A DNA stretch of 54,941 nt, filler included, from Catajapyx aquilonaris (taxonomy: Eukaryota): NCBI GenBank assembly GCA_000934665.2. It is 3 parts of 3 records of this genome, joined end to end, with 100 filler letters (N's around TTAATTAATTAA, not from the genome) between each part and the next. Parts side by side here need not be neighbours in the genome. Positions count along the whole stretch, not along the records: positions 1 to 18,239 come from JYFJ02006738.1; 2 more parts are not named here. One strand, 5' to 3'. The position numbers and the translations under genes were made by a program. Of the stretch, positions 1 through 12,313 are shown one piece after another. The number at the start of each line of letters is the position of its first letter. Position 1 is the first letter of the stretch. The notes beneath the pieces were generated by a model. The model searched no databases and was not told where the DNA came from. It worked only from the letters and a program-made list of their open reading frames with translations.

Positions 1-389
1 ATCATGAAAAAAGGCTGGGTGGGATGAGTGAATGGAGCTGTCAGTGGGTGATGGATTGGGCTATTGTTCTCGGGCTTTAACGAACTTCACCGGCTGGATT
101 GAGTGACAGCGGCTGGAGAGGAGGAGGGAGAGAAGGGGGTGGGCTATTGTTCTCGGGAAAGCGGGGGAGTTGGCGGTATACATTAATTTCGCGATCTCGG
201 GTGTGCGTCTACATTTAATTTGGCGATCTCGAAAACGGCTGGGAAATTCGCGGTTTTGAGGATTTTTCAAAATAGGTTAGCGGGTGCAAGGAATCCAACG
301 GCGTAAGTCCGAGGTCTGTACGACCTCGGGAAGTGGGAGATCTTTTCCATCCTATATCCTCCTCGGATTGGGGCTTTATATATATAAAA
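1..389 (-). mobile_element. 5' part of a non-autonomous Helitron-like element, same family as 16786-18239
   Basis: The reverse complement matches the TATATATAAAGCCCCAATCCGAGGAGGAGG start and the GCCGTTTTCGAGATCGCCAAATTAAATGTAGACGC core of the copies at 16786 and 17687. It runs off the window start. Confidence 0.7.
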
Positions 390-477
390 TAATTCTCTCG
401 AATCCAAACCCAAACATTCCTCAATAACTTTTAAACTATGGTATGATTCCCTATGAAAATTGACATGTCCTAACTAC

Positions 478-802
478 CTTGTATGATGCCAAACAAGGTC
501 TGCCTAAAGAATATATACCAAAAGTGGTCCCTTCCAGCATCCAAGCAGGCAAGCACCTTTGTTTGTGAGTCTGCATATTGCTGTATACTGCATGTATATG
601 CTCGTAGCTGGCGGGAGACTGTAGCACATGATGCCTGGATGCCGTCACACACACGTGACACACACTGCCACACACCTTGGTTCGGGCGGAGGGTGGCATC
701 ATCACTCTCCTTATCACCTCCATAATCCTGGGCTCTCCAGATGCCCTCATAGTGGGGTCGGAAGTCACAATAATCTTTCACTTCTGGCAGAGAAGATGCC
801 AT
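478..802 (-). CDS. Putative first coding exon of an unidentified gene (MASSLPEVKDY...WYIFFRQTLFGIIQ)
   Basis: ATG at 802 lies inside an exon-like block with an acceptor (ttacgttcag|, exon start 828) and a donor (AAG|gtagtt at 477). It has 108 stop-free codons in balanced-composition sequence flanked by AT-rich DNA. No homology recognised with confidence. Confidence 0.35.
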
Positions 803-1155
803 TTACGGTGCTGATACTACATCCCTTCCTGAACGTAAATAGCCCCAAACCCCAAGTATTTAGGCTCTAATTAGCCCGTAATTAATTCATCAAAATGGCT
901 GTCATCAGGAATAATATATTTCGGAATCCCGCTCTTATTTATAGCTATTTATCATGTATGTCATGTTATTTTCACACAAGTTGGAGTTAAGACTCCATTG
1001 AAATATTAAATAATTTTAAAGGCCCATTTTATCATTATAACATTAAATATGGCATAAAAATAAAATTTTCAGCTACATGGTCATGTTTCGTATGAAATCA
1101 TATGTTTTTGAGGGTGCATAATTCAGTGGTGGCACCGAAAATAGTACCAGACAAT

Positions 1156-2855
1156 CCCAGAAGTAAGTCGGTGAAACCTGCCTATAGCGGACCCTGCTTA
1201 TAGCGGAAACTTGTCCATTACGGAAATTTTTAAGGGTCTCGATTCTGCTATACACAGGTTTCATTGTAATAAACTCTTTGAAAAGATGTACCTGTGTTTT
1301 CATTTTACACAGTCCGCCAGACACTATAAGTGGAATTAATTATACAGGTAATGTGCATTTCGGAAAGATAAGATGTGTTTAGTTTTTTTATTATTATTAG
1401 TCGGAGCACTCCATCCGACCACTGGGTAATGCAATCCGAACCATTCGTAAACATCATTTCTTGAACACTGACCTTCACATGAGCGTAACCCGGTACATTG
1501 AAATAAGGTTCTCGCGAATTTACATAAAGAGCACCGTTCCTTGCAGAGTTCACCTGCGATCAGTAATTCTGAGATTTTCGCGAATCTGTAATGGTTGACC
1601 CTGGCTTGCCACAGCCACAAATAGCCGTCTAGATGCTTCAGATCTCAGGTGGCAGTAGACAACACAGCACATGAACAGTAATCTATATTCCTTCCTTCTA
1701 CCCCTACAAAAGTCATTCCAAAGTTCTTGCATATCTTCCATTTCTATAAAGGCGGATGCAGCAGCCACGACAACGACGCGACGTCTGAATCCAGAGTACA
1801 CTTATGATGATGTAGTCATGGCCTCTTTAGCTGCATGCTTCACGTGGAGAAGGTAGACATCTACTTCTTCATGCCATGAGGGTAAAATGCCAGACGCATG
1901 AAACTCCGCTTCATATAAAATAACTGTCTCAGGTTTGCCTCGAAACGCATTTCCTTCGCAGGCCTACTGTTCACCTGTGATATTTGTGTTGCCAAAAGCG
2001 AAATAGCTGTTTTTTGTTCTCCTCTACTTGTAGCAACTCAATGAAATTCCTCGCTATTGTTGTGGATGGTTTCACTCGGATCTTAATGTGGAAGCATAAT
2101 TGTCAACAGATCAAGACTTCAAACCTCCACCACCAGGTACTTGGGGATGGAAAAATCTAAACGGCTATTTGTGGCTGTGGTAAACCAGGGTCAACCATTG
2201 CAGATGTCGCGAAAATCTCAGAACTGATCGCCGGTGGACACTGCAAGAAACGGTGCTCTTTATGTAAATTCGCCAGAAACTTATTTCAGTGTACCCTGTT
2301 ACGCTCATGTGAAGGTCAATGTTCAAGAAATTATGTTTACGAATGGTTCTGATTGCATTACCCAGTGGTCTGGGTGCTTGGACTTAATAATTTAAAAAAC
2401 TTAACACATCTTCTTTCCGAAATGCACATTAGCTGTGTAATTAATTTCACTTCTAGTGTCTGACGGTCTGTGTAAAATAAAAACATAGGTACACCCGCGA
2501 GCATAAAGATGTAGACTGCAGGCAATCACCTTCTCCAGGCTGCTCTGCCAATTTCAGCTATTACGGTATCAAATATACTGTCATAAATACACGAACACAC
2601 GCCTGAAGCAGCTAACTCGGTCCAAAAAAAAATTCATTAATACGTATAATTTGAGTCGGGGGGATAAAGAGAGGTCAAAGAAGGGCCCGCCCGCCGTCTC
2701 TATCTTTATGCTCCCGGGGGTACATCTTTTCAAAGAGTTTATTACAATGAAACCTGTGTATAGCAGAATCGAGAACCTAAAAAATTTCCGTAATGGACAA
2801 TTTTCCGCTATAAGCAGGGTCCGCTACAGACAGGTTTCACTGACTTACTTCTGGG
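1156..2855. mobile_element. Foldback/MITE-type element with about 480-bp inverted arms
   Basis: 1156-~1635 is the diverged reverse complement of ~2155-2491 plus 2721-2855. The ORF track shows the same peptide (VHLFKEFITMKPVYSRIE) on opposite strands. No clean TSD seen. Confidence 0.8.
2492..2720. mobile_element. TA-TSD MITE (Tc1/mariner type) inserted in the right arm of the foldback element
   Basis: TIRs CACCCGCGAGCATAAAGAT / ATCTTTATGCTCCCGGGGG with TA on both sides. The segment is absent from the left arm. Confidence 0.75.
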
Positions 2856-4750
2856 CGAAAACCGGGATGAAAAGTCCAGAAATTGACCGAAAACTCAAAG
2901 TTTCTCATTTCTTTTCTCACGAACTATTCATGACTCAAGCTTCAAACTAGACATCTTGCAACTTGCGTTGGTCTATATTCGTGTCACCAAATATGAAATA
3001 TGTGGTTCAAATACATCACTAATTTTTCGAGGCCCAAATTCTTGGAAAATTGACCCATGTAAAGCCAGCCACGTTTAATTCAGGTTGAATTTATGAGTGA
3101 AACCATTTCCATAGCTGCATTCTCCTCATATTCCTCTTTCTTTTGATATGCACTATAATGTTTGATGGGTTTGGACGAGGGCCTCACCGAAATAATTCGC
3201 CAAAAAAGGGCTGATTTCCCACCCGGTCCAAATTTTGGGAGCGCCCCCCTCCCACCAATGTTGCGTAACAGAGCTGAAATGTGATATTTCGCATCAGGTC
3301 TAGGGTATGTACAACCACGATTTTTTTTCAGAAAAATTGGAGATGATCGAGCAACACTTTGACTCAGTTGAGCTGGAATAACCCTATACCTGCTTCCTAA
3401 ATAATCAGAATATTATATGCACTGTACCTTTCGTGTTGGACCAACCTGTATTTAAAAGCGACAAATAAATGCAGTAGGAGGAAGCTCATATTCTTTTGGC
3501 TCTCTTTCCGTTAAAATGGCATTTCAAAATAATGACAATAGGCTACCTGGACTTTCCACATATCTTATCAAACACATGTTGTGTGTCATATGCATGTGTG
3601 CAAGGGCCCAATAAACACCTGAATTTAACAGCCAAATAAGTTGGTCACAGATTAGAGAGATTCGAATGCATATCAGCAGGCCTAAGTCCATGCCAAATTT
3701 TGCGCAAGGGAGACAACCATTTAATTAAAGTAGCTACCTACGCTACTCCCAATATCCCCCCCAATTTCCAAGCCCTACCAGGCCCTCACGGCCCAACCCG
3801 GCTCAAAGCTATCACCATTGCTATTGCAATGAATGACCAGGATGTCGCAAGGAGCGTGGCTAACCTAGCCCAGCGCCTGTCTGACAGGGCCATTTCTATT
3901 GACAATTATGAACATCATTATAAGTTCATTACCCCCATCCTACTACCAACTGAGATCAAATGCAATGGTTGCTGATTGGATTGTACCTAATACTTCTGAC
4001 AACACGATTTAAAATAGCTACTTTATTGTTGGAAATAATCTTGGCAACAACATCGACTCCAGAGAACAAAAGTGTGTCTGCATAATCTCATTTGATCCAT
4101 CATCATTTGTCCATCTCCCGTAACCATCATATCCGTATCACAGCACAGACCTATACACAGCCCCCCATCTCCAGTCAAGGCATTCATATGCCACATACTG
4201 TATGGCCTTGAAGTAGGAAGCAAATAAAAGGATATAGGGAAGGGGAAGTAACCTTGGACATGTACTACATTGTACAGTACTGTACTGCATAGGCTGAACA
4301 TGGGCTGAACGAGTCAGAGTAAACCAGCCCTGTTGAGAGCATCATCCCAAAAGATCAATGATTCGTACTTTGGCTCACTCAAGTTACCGGTACCCAGAAT
4401 CATAATTATAAATTTTTTCATTCAGTTGAATGACAAACAAAAACAAGTTAGCACTGGATTGACCTGTAGTTAAATGAAGAGTTACCAACTGATCAAGACA
4501 CTCAGCAAATACACACCTGTATTTCTCTGTAGGTATTGTTTAGCAGTGGGGGCATCTTCCCGCCCCTACCTCTCCATTGGACATAATTATCCAGCAGCCA
4601 CACTGGAACATGAACCAGCCCAACCAGCCTGGTCCACACCACAGGTCCACATTCTCATCAGTGATCCGCATTTCGAATGGTGCTCGGCCCACGGCCCACG
4701 CTGGTTCATTTGACGCCATTCCCCCTGTGAACAGCTTGGCCTTTCTTAAA

Positions 4751-4963
4751 GGGGCGTTCAGACGAGGCAACTTGGTTGCAGCAACGTTGCTGCAACCTGA
4801 AATACACGGAGAGAATAGGAAGTTGGTTGCAGCCCCCGGTTGCAGAAAAGTTGCAGCATTTTTAGGGTTGCTGCAACTTCCTATTCTCTCCGCGTATTTC
4901 AGGTTGCATGCAACAAGGATGCAGCAACGTTGCTGCAACCAAGTTGCCTCGTCTGAAAGCCGC
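4751..4963. mobile_element. Near-palindromic MITE, PIF/Harbinger-like ends
   Basis: GGGGCGTTCAGACGAGGCAACTTGGTTGCAGCAACGTTGCTGCA pairs with the 3' end. The internal GGAGAGAATAGGAAGTTG also pairs with CAACTTCCTATTCTCTCC. Confidence 0.75.
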
Positions 4964-4972
4964 GCCGCTTAA

Positions 4973-5556
4973 CTCTTAGTTAGTGCGGTGGGGGGCAACT
5001 GACCCCCAAGGCCTCATTTTTGCATATAAAAGGCATTTAAAACAGTCCGATCTTCTTAGGAATTTTTCTAATTGTCAATAAAATATTTCTGCAACTATAG
5101 TATTTTTCACTTATTTTAATCTATGTTAGTAAAATTGTAATAATAAAAAAACCCAAGAAGATGAATTTTCCGAAAATTCGGCAACGCGGCTACAGGCTAG
5201 AAAGAGAGGTCGTGGGGGAACTGGCGTCCTATCAGTAGCAACTGATAAGGGCATGGAGGGTACTTAGGGAACCTTTTTTCGGATTATTACAATTTACAGT
5301 GTTACCAGAGTGGACATGAGGACTGCTTTTGAAGGAATATGCAGCATGTTTTTCTGGATTTTTTAACTACATAAAAACATGAGATACAATGTGGGAGAGT
5401 AGATAATGACATTTCTAATGAAGTGTTGCATCTGATGCTATTTTTAAAAATTTATTATCCTGGAATGCAAAGTTAGAAATAAATAATTTTAGTCTGGGGG
5501 TCATTTGCCCCCCACCGCACTAGTTAAGTGAATTTTTCCACCGCACTAACTAAGAG
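4973..5556. mobile_element. piggyBac-type non-autonomous element
   Basis: TTAA at 4969-4972 and 5557-5560. TIR CTCTTAGTTAGTGCGGTGG, plus an asymmetrically spaced subterminal inverted repeat, as in piggyBac ends. Confidence 0.85.
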
Positions 5557-6319
5557 TTAAAGGTCACCCTCCTCCCATCATCCCACAGGCTGTACTGTTG
5601 GATCAAGTACAGAACTTGCTGTGCACGTCCCTCCTGATCCACCAATTTAACATCAGCTCTTCTCTGCCTGCATGGTTTGGCATCGTGGAGATTCTGCGAT
5701 TTAATTGCAGGGGTAAGAAATATACATCTCTTCTTATACGTAGCTCTATTTTATTACATCTTGAGTGTTATGGTATAACCTATAGAAGCCACATTTTGGT
5801 TGTTCAATAAACCAGTCAGAGACAGCTGTTCACGTTCCAATATGTTTTTTGTTTGTTTGTTTTTTGTTTGTTTGTTTGTTTTTTGCTGGTTTGTTTGTTT
5901 TTTGCTGGTTTGGGCAGAGTGACTTTGCCACCTCTTTTTTCCGAGAAATGGGATCCAACGATCACAGAGACATATGCGAAAGAATGTTTGGCTTTATTTC
6001 CCAAGTTGTCATAAAGGGACTGCCCTGGCTGCAGGGGCGGGAACATCAACCTTGGGCAGGGGTGCAGAGCCTTGCAATATACGTACAGGCTCATTACAAG
6101 GGAGGTTGGAGCAAGGGGTTAACCACTCGACAGTAAAGTGTACACTGGAGTACCAAATTCAAGGTGCACCTGGAAGTACCACACAGGTGGTGTACACAGG
6201 AGCACCGATGTCGTTAACCGCTTGGGTTGGAGAATTTATGGCCATCAATGACCATTACATAATATTTTGAGTGAGAAAAAAAGCAAAACAATCACATATG
6301 CTGGCCGTTCTTTAATTAA

Positions 6320-6826
6320 GGGGGCGCATTAGTAAAAAAATACGGTAACAATCGGTAACAATGCGAGCCCTTGGCGACTACGTAAACAAACTCGCGTTTG
6401 CATGGACAGCATATGGGGATTCGACATGTCCACGCTTCTGCGGCCGTACGGCCACAAAAATGGAGCAATGGACACAAAAATTACACCAAAGAATAGGACA
6501 TGATTTGGAGCAGGGCACCTTCGGCGTCATTTTACCATTTTCGGCCTAGAAGTGACCTTTTCATCGAGTTGAAGTGAAAGGAAAATGGCGTTCCCGAAAA
6601 GCCCATTTGAATAACATGGCGGCAGGAACGCGACAATTTCGGGAACTCTTCTGCGCCCGTATGTCCACAATTTTAATGAAATCATATCGAGTATCGTACC
6701 ATAGTAAAGGCCAAACCTTTCCGCAGGGCACCTTCGGCGTGATTTTTCCGGTTAACCGTCCGTTTCGCCACAAAAAATATAATTCCCTCAAAAATGCGTC
6801 TACCGTATTTTTACTCATGCGCCCCC
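6320..6826. mobile_element. Kolobok-type non-autonomous element (TTAA TSD, purine-initiated TIR)
   Basis: TTAA at 6316-6319 and 6827-6830. TIR GGGGGCGCATTAGTAAAAA..TACGGTA / TACCGTATTTTTACTCATGCGCCCCC. Confidence 0.75.
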
Positions 6827-6911
6827 TTAAGTGTGTGTGATTAATTGGTGTTAATATGCCTGGATAGGAAGGTGAGGCCATTCTTTGAAATGTCCGCGTC
6901 CCCAGCCATCA

Positions 6912-7327
<416 letters not shown>

Positions 7328-7391
7328 GTTTCACGGGAGAGCGAGTCGATCCTTCTCTTGCAACGATCGATGGATGAATAAATTTCGGGCG

Positions 7392-7715
7392 TTCGTTGGT
7401 TGGTTGGTTGGTTTGTAGGAAGGGTTACCCAGCTTGTATGGCTCTTTCTGAGTCGAGCCTTGGCAGGCGGGGGTAGGAGAGGAAGGTGTAGGATTGTAAG
7501 GTAGGGGGTGGGGGAGAAGGGTGGGGGAGAAGGGTGGGGAGAGGAGGGCTGGACCCGGCTGTACTGCAATGCCGGGTCCAACCCAGGGACGGTGGTGGGA
7601 CATCCTCCCAAGCACCCCGTCCGACCAAGAAATGAAAGTCAGGTCCGAGGACCGCTGGAGTAGGAGAGTACCGTCGCTGGCGAACCAGCCGGGACTATTG
7701 ATAATATATTTTAAA
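7392..7715 (-). mobile_element. Non-LTR retroposon 3' fragment (SINE or 5'-truncated LINE) in the H3 5' leader
   Basis: A perfect 15-bp TSD, AATAAATTTCGGGCG, lies at 7377-7391 and 7716-7730. There is an (AACC)n tail on the minus strand and an internal hairpin GGACCCGGC...GCCGGGTCC. Confidence 0.85.
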
Positions 7716-7745
7716 AATAAATTTCGGGCGGAAAATAGCGGCCAT

Positions 7746-7853
7746 TTTATACCCACCCTAGCCGGCCGGCTTGCTCTACGATTGGTCAATATAACGATGC
7801 CCGCCATTGGCTAGATTCTGGCCGGTTGCGGGGACCACTTGGGGTTTGCCAAT
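7746..7853 (-). promoter_or_regulatory. Histone-type promoter remnant: TATA box and CCAAT boxes
   Basis: Minus-strand TATAAA at 7746-7751, ATTGG at 7781 and 7806, CCAAT at 7849. Removing the insertion places the TATA about 80 bp upstream of the H3 ATG. Confidence 0.7.
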
Positions 7854-7983
7854 ATGCGGCCCGGTCTTGAAAACGTGAGCTTCTGTTCTGGACCGTGCTT
7901 CTGGATCTCATTTATCGATGGCATCGACTTGAATCGCCTCTCTTTCTACCTAAGTTCTCATAAGTTCTCTCTAAGTTCTACCT

Positions 7984-8096
7984 AAGTTCAGCGTAGTCCG
8001 GTAGGGTCGCCACATAATGTAGCAGTGAACGGCCGTCTCATGGCGCTCTCAAGTGAGCACCTCATGCAAAAAGTCAGCTGATAAGAGGGAGTGACC
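7984..8096 (+). repeat. Copy of an unclassified interspersed repeat (AAGTTCAGCGTAGTCCGGTAGGGTCGCCAC...TGAGCACC)
   Basis: Matches 36669-36824 and both arms of 46143-46516. Confidence 0.8.
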
Positions 8097-9092
8097 CAGG
8101 GTTGTTACAGGTGGGCCCACCCTTAAAAAACCCACTAAAAAACCCACCTTACATTGTTACATAAAACCCACTAAAAAGTAAAAATCCACCTTGGGTTTTT
8201 CAGTTTTTCATCCTAATATTGAAATTTTTTAAAGTATTCGACACATTGACACCGTCCACTACACAACTCCAACTCGTCAACTCCCTCTCTCCCAGTCTCC
8301 CATCCAAGATCTAATTGAAGCAGTGAGAACCAGCAGTTGTTAAGTCCATTTTGGCCATTTTTCAGGAAAGCAGTTTGAAAGTTTCAAATAATGTTCGACG
8401 TACCTTTCGTTGACATTAGAGCGGCATTAGAGTCTCGGTAATTTTTCTGTGGTATCTCTACTATTGTAAGTTAATGTAATGTAAATATGGAGTATCTAGT
8501 GCCTACACTGCAGGAAAAAAAATCCGTCTTGGAGTTAGCAACTTCTGGCGTGTAGAAATTTTAATTTTAATTTTTTAACCACTAAAATGAGGAAATGCAG
8601 GGAAATAATATCTCCTAAATTAATTTCAGTCCCTTTATTAGGCCTTAATGTAATGACAATAATTCTAAATACATTTTTTATGAAGGCCGTTTTTGGACTT
8701 ATCAACATCTGGCACGAAATTTGTCTTCAGTGCTAAGAGTATCCCGGTCTGAAAAGGGGACTTATTGTAATCATCTGGCTCGGATAAAACATTTTTCTAT
8801 GAAAATATGCCTGATAGAGGCCTAGAATTTGCCCATATCTCAAAGTCGCGCCTAAAATGGACTTAGCAACTTCTGGTTCTCGCTGCTTAAATTTGAAAAT
8901 TCGAACTGCGTCAGTGAGGAATTCCCTCACATCTTGCAGCCATTGGTTCAAGATTTCAAGTGGGCATTACGCAGTGATGAAACCCTCGGATGAAACGATA
9001 CCTTAAATTGCCAGAAAAACACATAAAACCCAACAAACCCAATAAAACCCGTGTGGGTTGGTTTTTTTTTTAATCTGGCTTTTTCCAACAAT
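8097..9092. mobile_element. hAT-like non-autonomous element
   Basis: An 8-bp direct repeat GAGTGACC lies at 8089-8096 and 9093-9100. Ends are CAGGGTTG and a degenerate CAACAAT, with AAAACCCAC-type subterminal repeats. Confidence 0.6.
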
Positions 9093-9497
9093 GAGTGACC
9101 AGTCCTTAGAGCTGAGCTGTCCGCCAATCCCCATTCCCCAGCTAGGAGCTCCAACATGGCGGCCTCCATGAGTGCCTCACAGGTTGCCAGGTTCTGCCGC
9201 TGCAGCGCCTTAGAGTGCAGCGCCTGAGTGAGAGGGGAAGAGGGTGGAAGGAGTGGAGGAGGGGGCAGAGCGCGGCCGAATTCCCACCTGGCACCACTAC
9301 TTGTCTTCCCTCTCCTTGCAATCCAAGATGGACGCCGCGTTCTAAGTCTTGGTTCCATTAGCCGAACAACGCCGTTTCCCCTCTTTTTTGTTGTTCATTT
9401 CTTTTCGTTGCCGTTTTTAACCAAAAGGCTGGTGCGTTCCGCCTCTGGCCCAGACCCCTGTTTGGCCCCTGCCTGCTTCCCGACGCCCTAGTCGACA

Positions 9498-9608
9498 ATG
9501 GGTTCTTACATGTCCAAGCCGGTCACGGAGAAGGTGTCGAGCGACGAGGGCTCCACGTCTGTCCGCGTCGGGTCCAGCTCCATGCAGGGATGGCGCGTCT
9601 CGCAGGAG
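9498..9608 (+). CDS. PPM1G: Protein phosphatase 1G (PP2C-gamma), coding exon 1
   Basis: MGSYMSKPVTEKVSSD...SSMQGWRVSQE is the PPM1G-type N-terminus (Gly2, MQGWR motif). Donor GAG|gtgagg, phase 0. Confidence 0.92.
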
Positions 9609-10532
9609 GTGAGGCTAACACACGCTGCACATTCACGGGGCTCCGGAAAATGGGCCGGCATATGCATGCAATCGTGTATAGTGATCATAAAATAGGGGGG
9701 ACAGTGACCTTTAGTCTGAACAGCCGGATTATGGCAATGTGGGTTTAGGCGCCTAAAGTTGCCAAAGCCGACAGAATTGGTCGACATTTCCCATGCCTCC
9801 TAGGTGGCAGGCCTAATGAGCGACAGTTCTGCAGGGTCTTAATACAAATATATGTGCAGGATGCAGAAACATGCTGGCCAAGTTCGCACCAGCTTGGCAA
9901 AACATTCACTATTGACTCTTGTGGCATTTAGCATCCGACAACAAAAGTGTAGATGGTTCGCATTCAGAAGGTGTCATTTGCTGCAATGTAGTAATTGTGT
10001 GCTGCTAATGGCATTTGACATACATCATGCCAAATATGATGCAGCACGTCTGATGGAAGCATGCAGTACCAGCACTTCCAGGGTGGTGTGCCCCATTTTA
10101 ATGGGATTTCACTTCGATTGCAATTGTCAGGACAATCACTTTCTATTAAAATGCTGATTTCACTGATTCAAGGCCTGTCGCACCAGTTTAGCTTCATTAA
10201 GATTAAGAGAGTGGTAATGTGTTCACTATTTAATGGTAAAAGGCTATGCTTCTGATTATGCCAGTCCATCAAATGGAGTTATTGGCAAGCACAAGTCAGA
10301 GATAGGCTAATGAAGAAAGCATCATTACACTAACAATTGTTAGCTGCCCTTAAAAATAACTGAGTGGATTTGACCTGACCATTTTTGAAGTGGTGCTGTG
10401 TTACACTTCTTATTCAGAAGCACCTGTAACAGGTTATGCATAGTAAACTTCAGCCTAATTCATATCAATATACAGTATTAGCTATGTTTGGTTTCTTAGC
10501 TTGTTTTATGCCTTGATGTTTTTATTTTTCAG

Positions 10533-10806
10533 GATGCACACAATGTGATAGTTGACTATGACCAGGGCACGTCTCTATTTGCCGTATATGACGGCCATGG
10601 TGGTCATGAGGTGGCCACCTATTGCGCCCAGCAGCTACCTGAGTTTATCCGCAATTCTGAGTTGTACAAAGAAGGCAAACTTTCCCATGCCCTGGAGCAT
10701 TCCTTCCTGGACTTCGATGCCACCCTAACCACCCTAGAGGTTATCCAGGTGCTGAAGGACATCGCAGGAGTCAAGGATGAGGCTCGTCATGTGCAAGAAG
10801 AAAATG
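10533..10806 (+). CDS. PPM1G: Protein phosphatase 1G, coding exon 2
   Basis: Acceptor tttttcag|GAT continues in frame as DAHN...SLFAVYDGHGGHEVATYC...FLDFDATL...VLKDIAG. Donor G|gtaatt. I found no later exons before the spacer at 18240. Confidence 0.93.
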
Positions 10807-12146
10807 GTAATTATTGATGCACATGAGACATTTGTGCCTAATAAACCAGTATAGGTTCAGTTTGTTGCAACAACACTGCATAGCTTGGAAGCTATTGCAG
10901 TAAGAGAACACTTGCAGTTGGACTGAATGGTTCAGCAGTAGCAAATGACAATGTGTTTGTTTGTCTCCAACTGAAACTTACATGCTATTAAGGTGGATAT
11001 GAAGCTACTTGCTAGTCAACTGAGAGTCTAGAATTCGCATGTTAATAAGAAGGGCTAAAATCAGGGAAACATATGCAGCCGATGCAGCAGTAAATGCTGT
11101 TCAATCCTGTACACTCCATTCGAATCTGCGTTTTAAACTCGATTAAACTCGATTTAATGTGGGCCAATTACCGGCTGGATGTTTTTGTGCGCAGGGGCAA
11201 TTTTCACGACTGCCGACTTTAACATGGTATTTGGAGGTGTGCTTAATACTTTTTATTTTGGATGGAAATCAATTTTATTCGGTCGTAATTACGAGGTCCC
11301 AATTTGTCGAGGCATTTTTAAATGTTTAGTTCCGAAAGGGGAGCCTGCAGCTCTTCATTTGTGCCGGATTTGGAACACGTTCAGTTGGTATGCGTGTGAC
11401 AGACAGAAGTGGCAACGCAGCAAATTTCCACTATTCGATTCGCAAAACCTGCTTATAAATAGGATTTACTTTAATGCTGCACATAATTAAAGTGATAATA
11501 AAGTCTAATTACATATTATGTAATTTTGTAAAGTATTACTATTTAAATGGACATTACGTCCGTGATTGCGTCACGTGACATGGCGGGCTTCATTTGTCAT
11601 GCAATTTTTGTTCCAAACCCGGGGGTCATCGACATTTGCCCATTACGTATTGAAGATTCGAACGAAGACGGGGGGGTTCTTCCAGCACACTGACAGAGTG
11701 TTGCAATAATTATCATGGCACACCATCTCACTTGCACTCATATTTCGCGGTCGTATGCAACCGTATCTCGCTACCGTAAACAACGGTGTGTTGCCACTTC
11801 CTTCCTCGCCTGAGGCAATGTGACGTCACTGGATCATTTTCGGATCGTTTTTCAGCAATAAAAATTGAACGAGCACGGTGAGGTAGGTTTTTCTTTTTGC
11901 GGTTGCGATCAGTATATTCGTATATAATTCCCGTCATGTTCCACATTTAATTTTATAATTCTCATTTTCTTATGATTTTTTTATGGACTATTGAAATTCT
12001 GCCATAAGGGCCCATGTTAAATCGCGAACTTCTGTGCCCCCAGTTCGCTAATTAGCACGGTGACGTGTATTTTTCTTTGCACCATTTATAAGAGGACACA
12101 AAACTGCGTAACATGCGCTATGTTTTTTTCATAAAATTCTCATTAA

Positions 12147-12282
12147 CCCTGTAATGCCCACTGGGTCATATCTGGCACACCATTTGGTGCAATTTTTGCA
12201 ATTTTTGCAATTTTTATATTTCCTGTAAGTGCCAAATTGCACTAAATGGTGTGCCAGATATGACCCAAGGGGCATTACAAGT
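12147..12282. mobile_element. Small piggyBac-type MITE
   Basis: TTAA at 12143-12146 and 12283-12286. Inverted repeat CCCTGTAATGCCC..TGGGTCATATCTGGCACACCATTT. Confidence 0.8.
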
Positions 12283-12313
12283 TTAAGTGACTCTAGCTTC
12301 ATTTCCACTTTAA

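Noticed and set aside
4540..4972. Overlapping 131-132 aa ORFs on both strands
   Set aside because: They arise largely from a palindromic MITE.
8965..9005. Hammerhead-like GTGATGA..GAAAC
   Set aside because: The core is not CTGATGA, stem II is imperfect, and no stems I or III were found.
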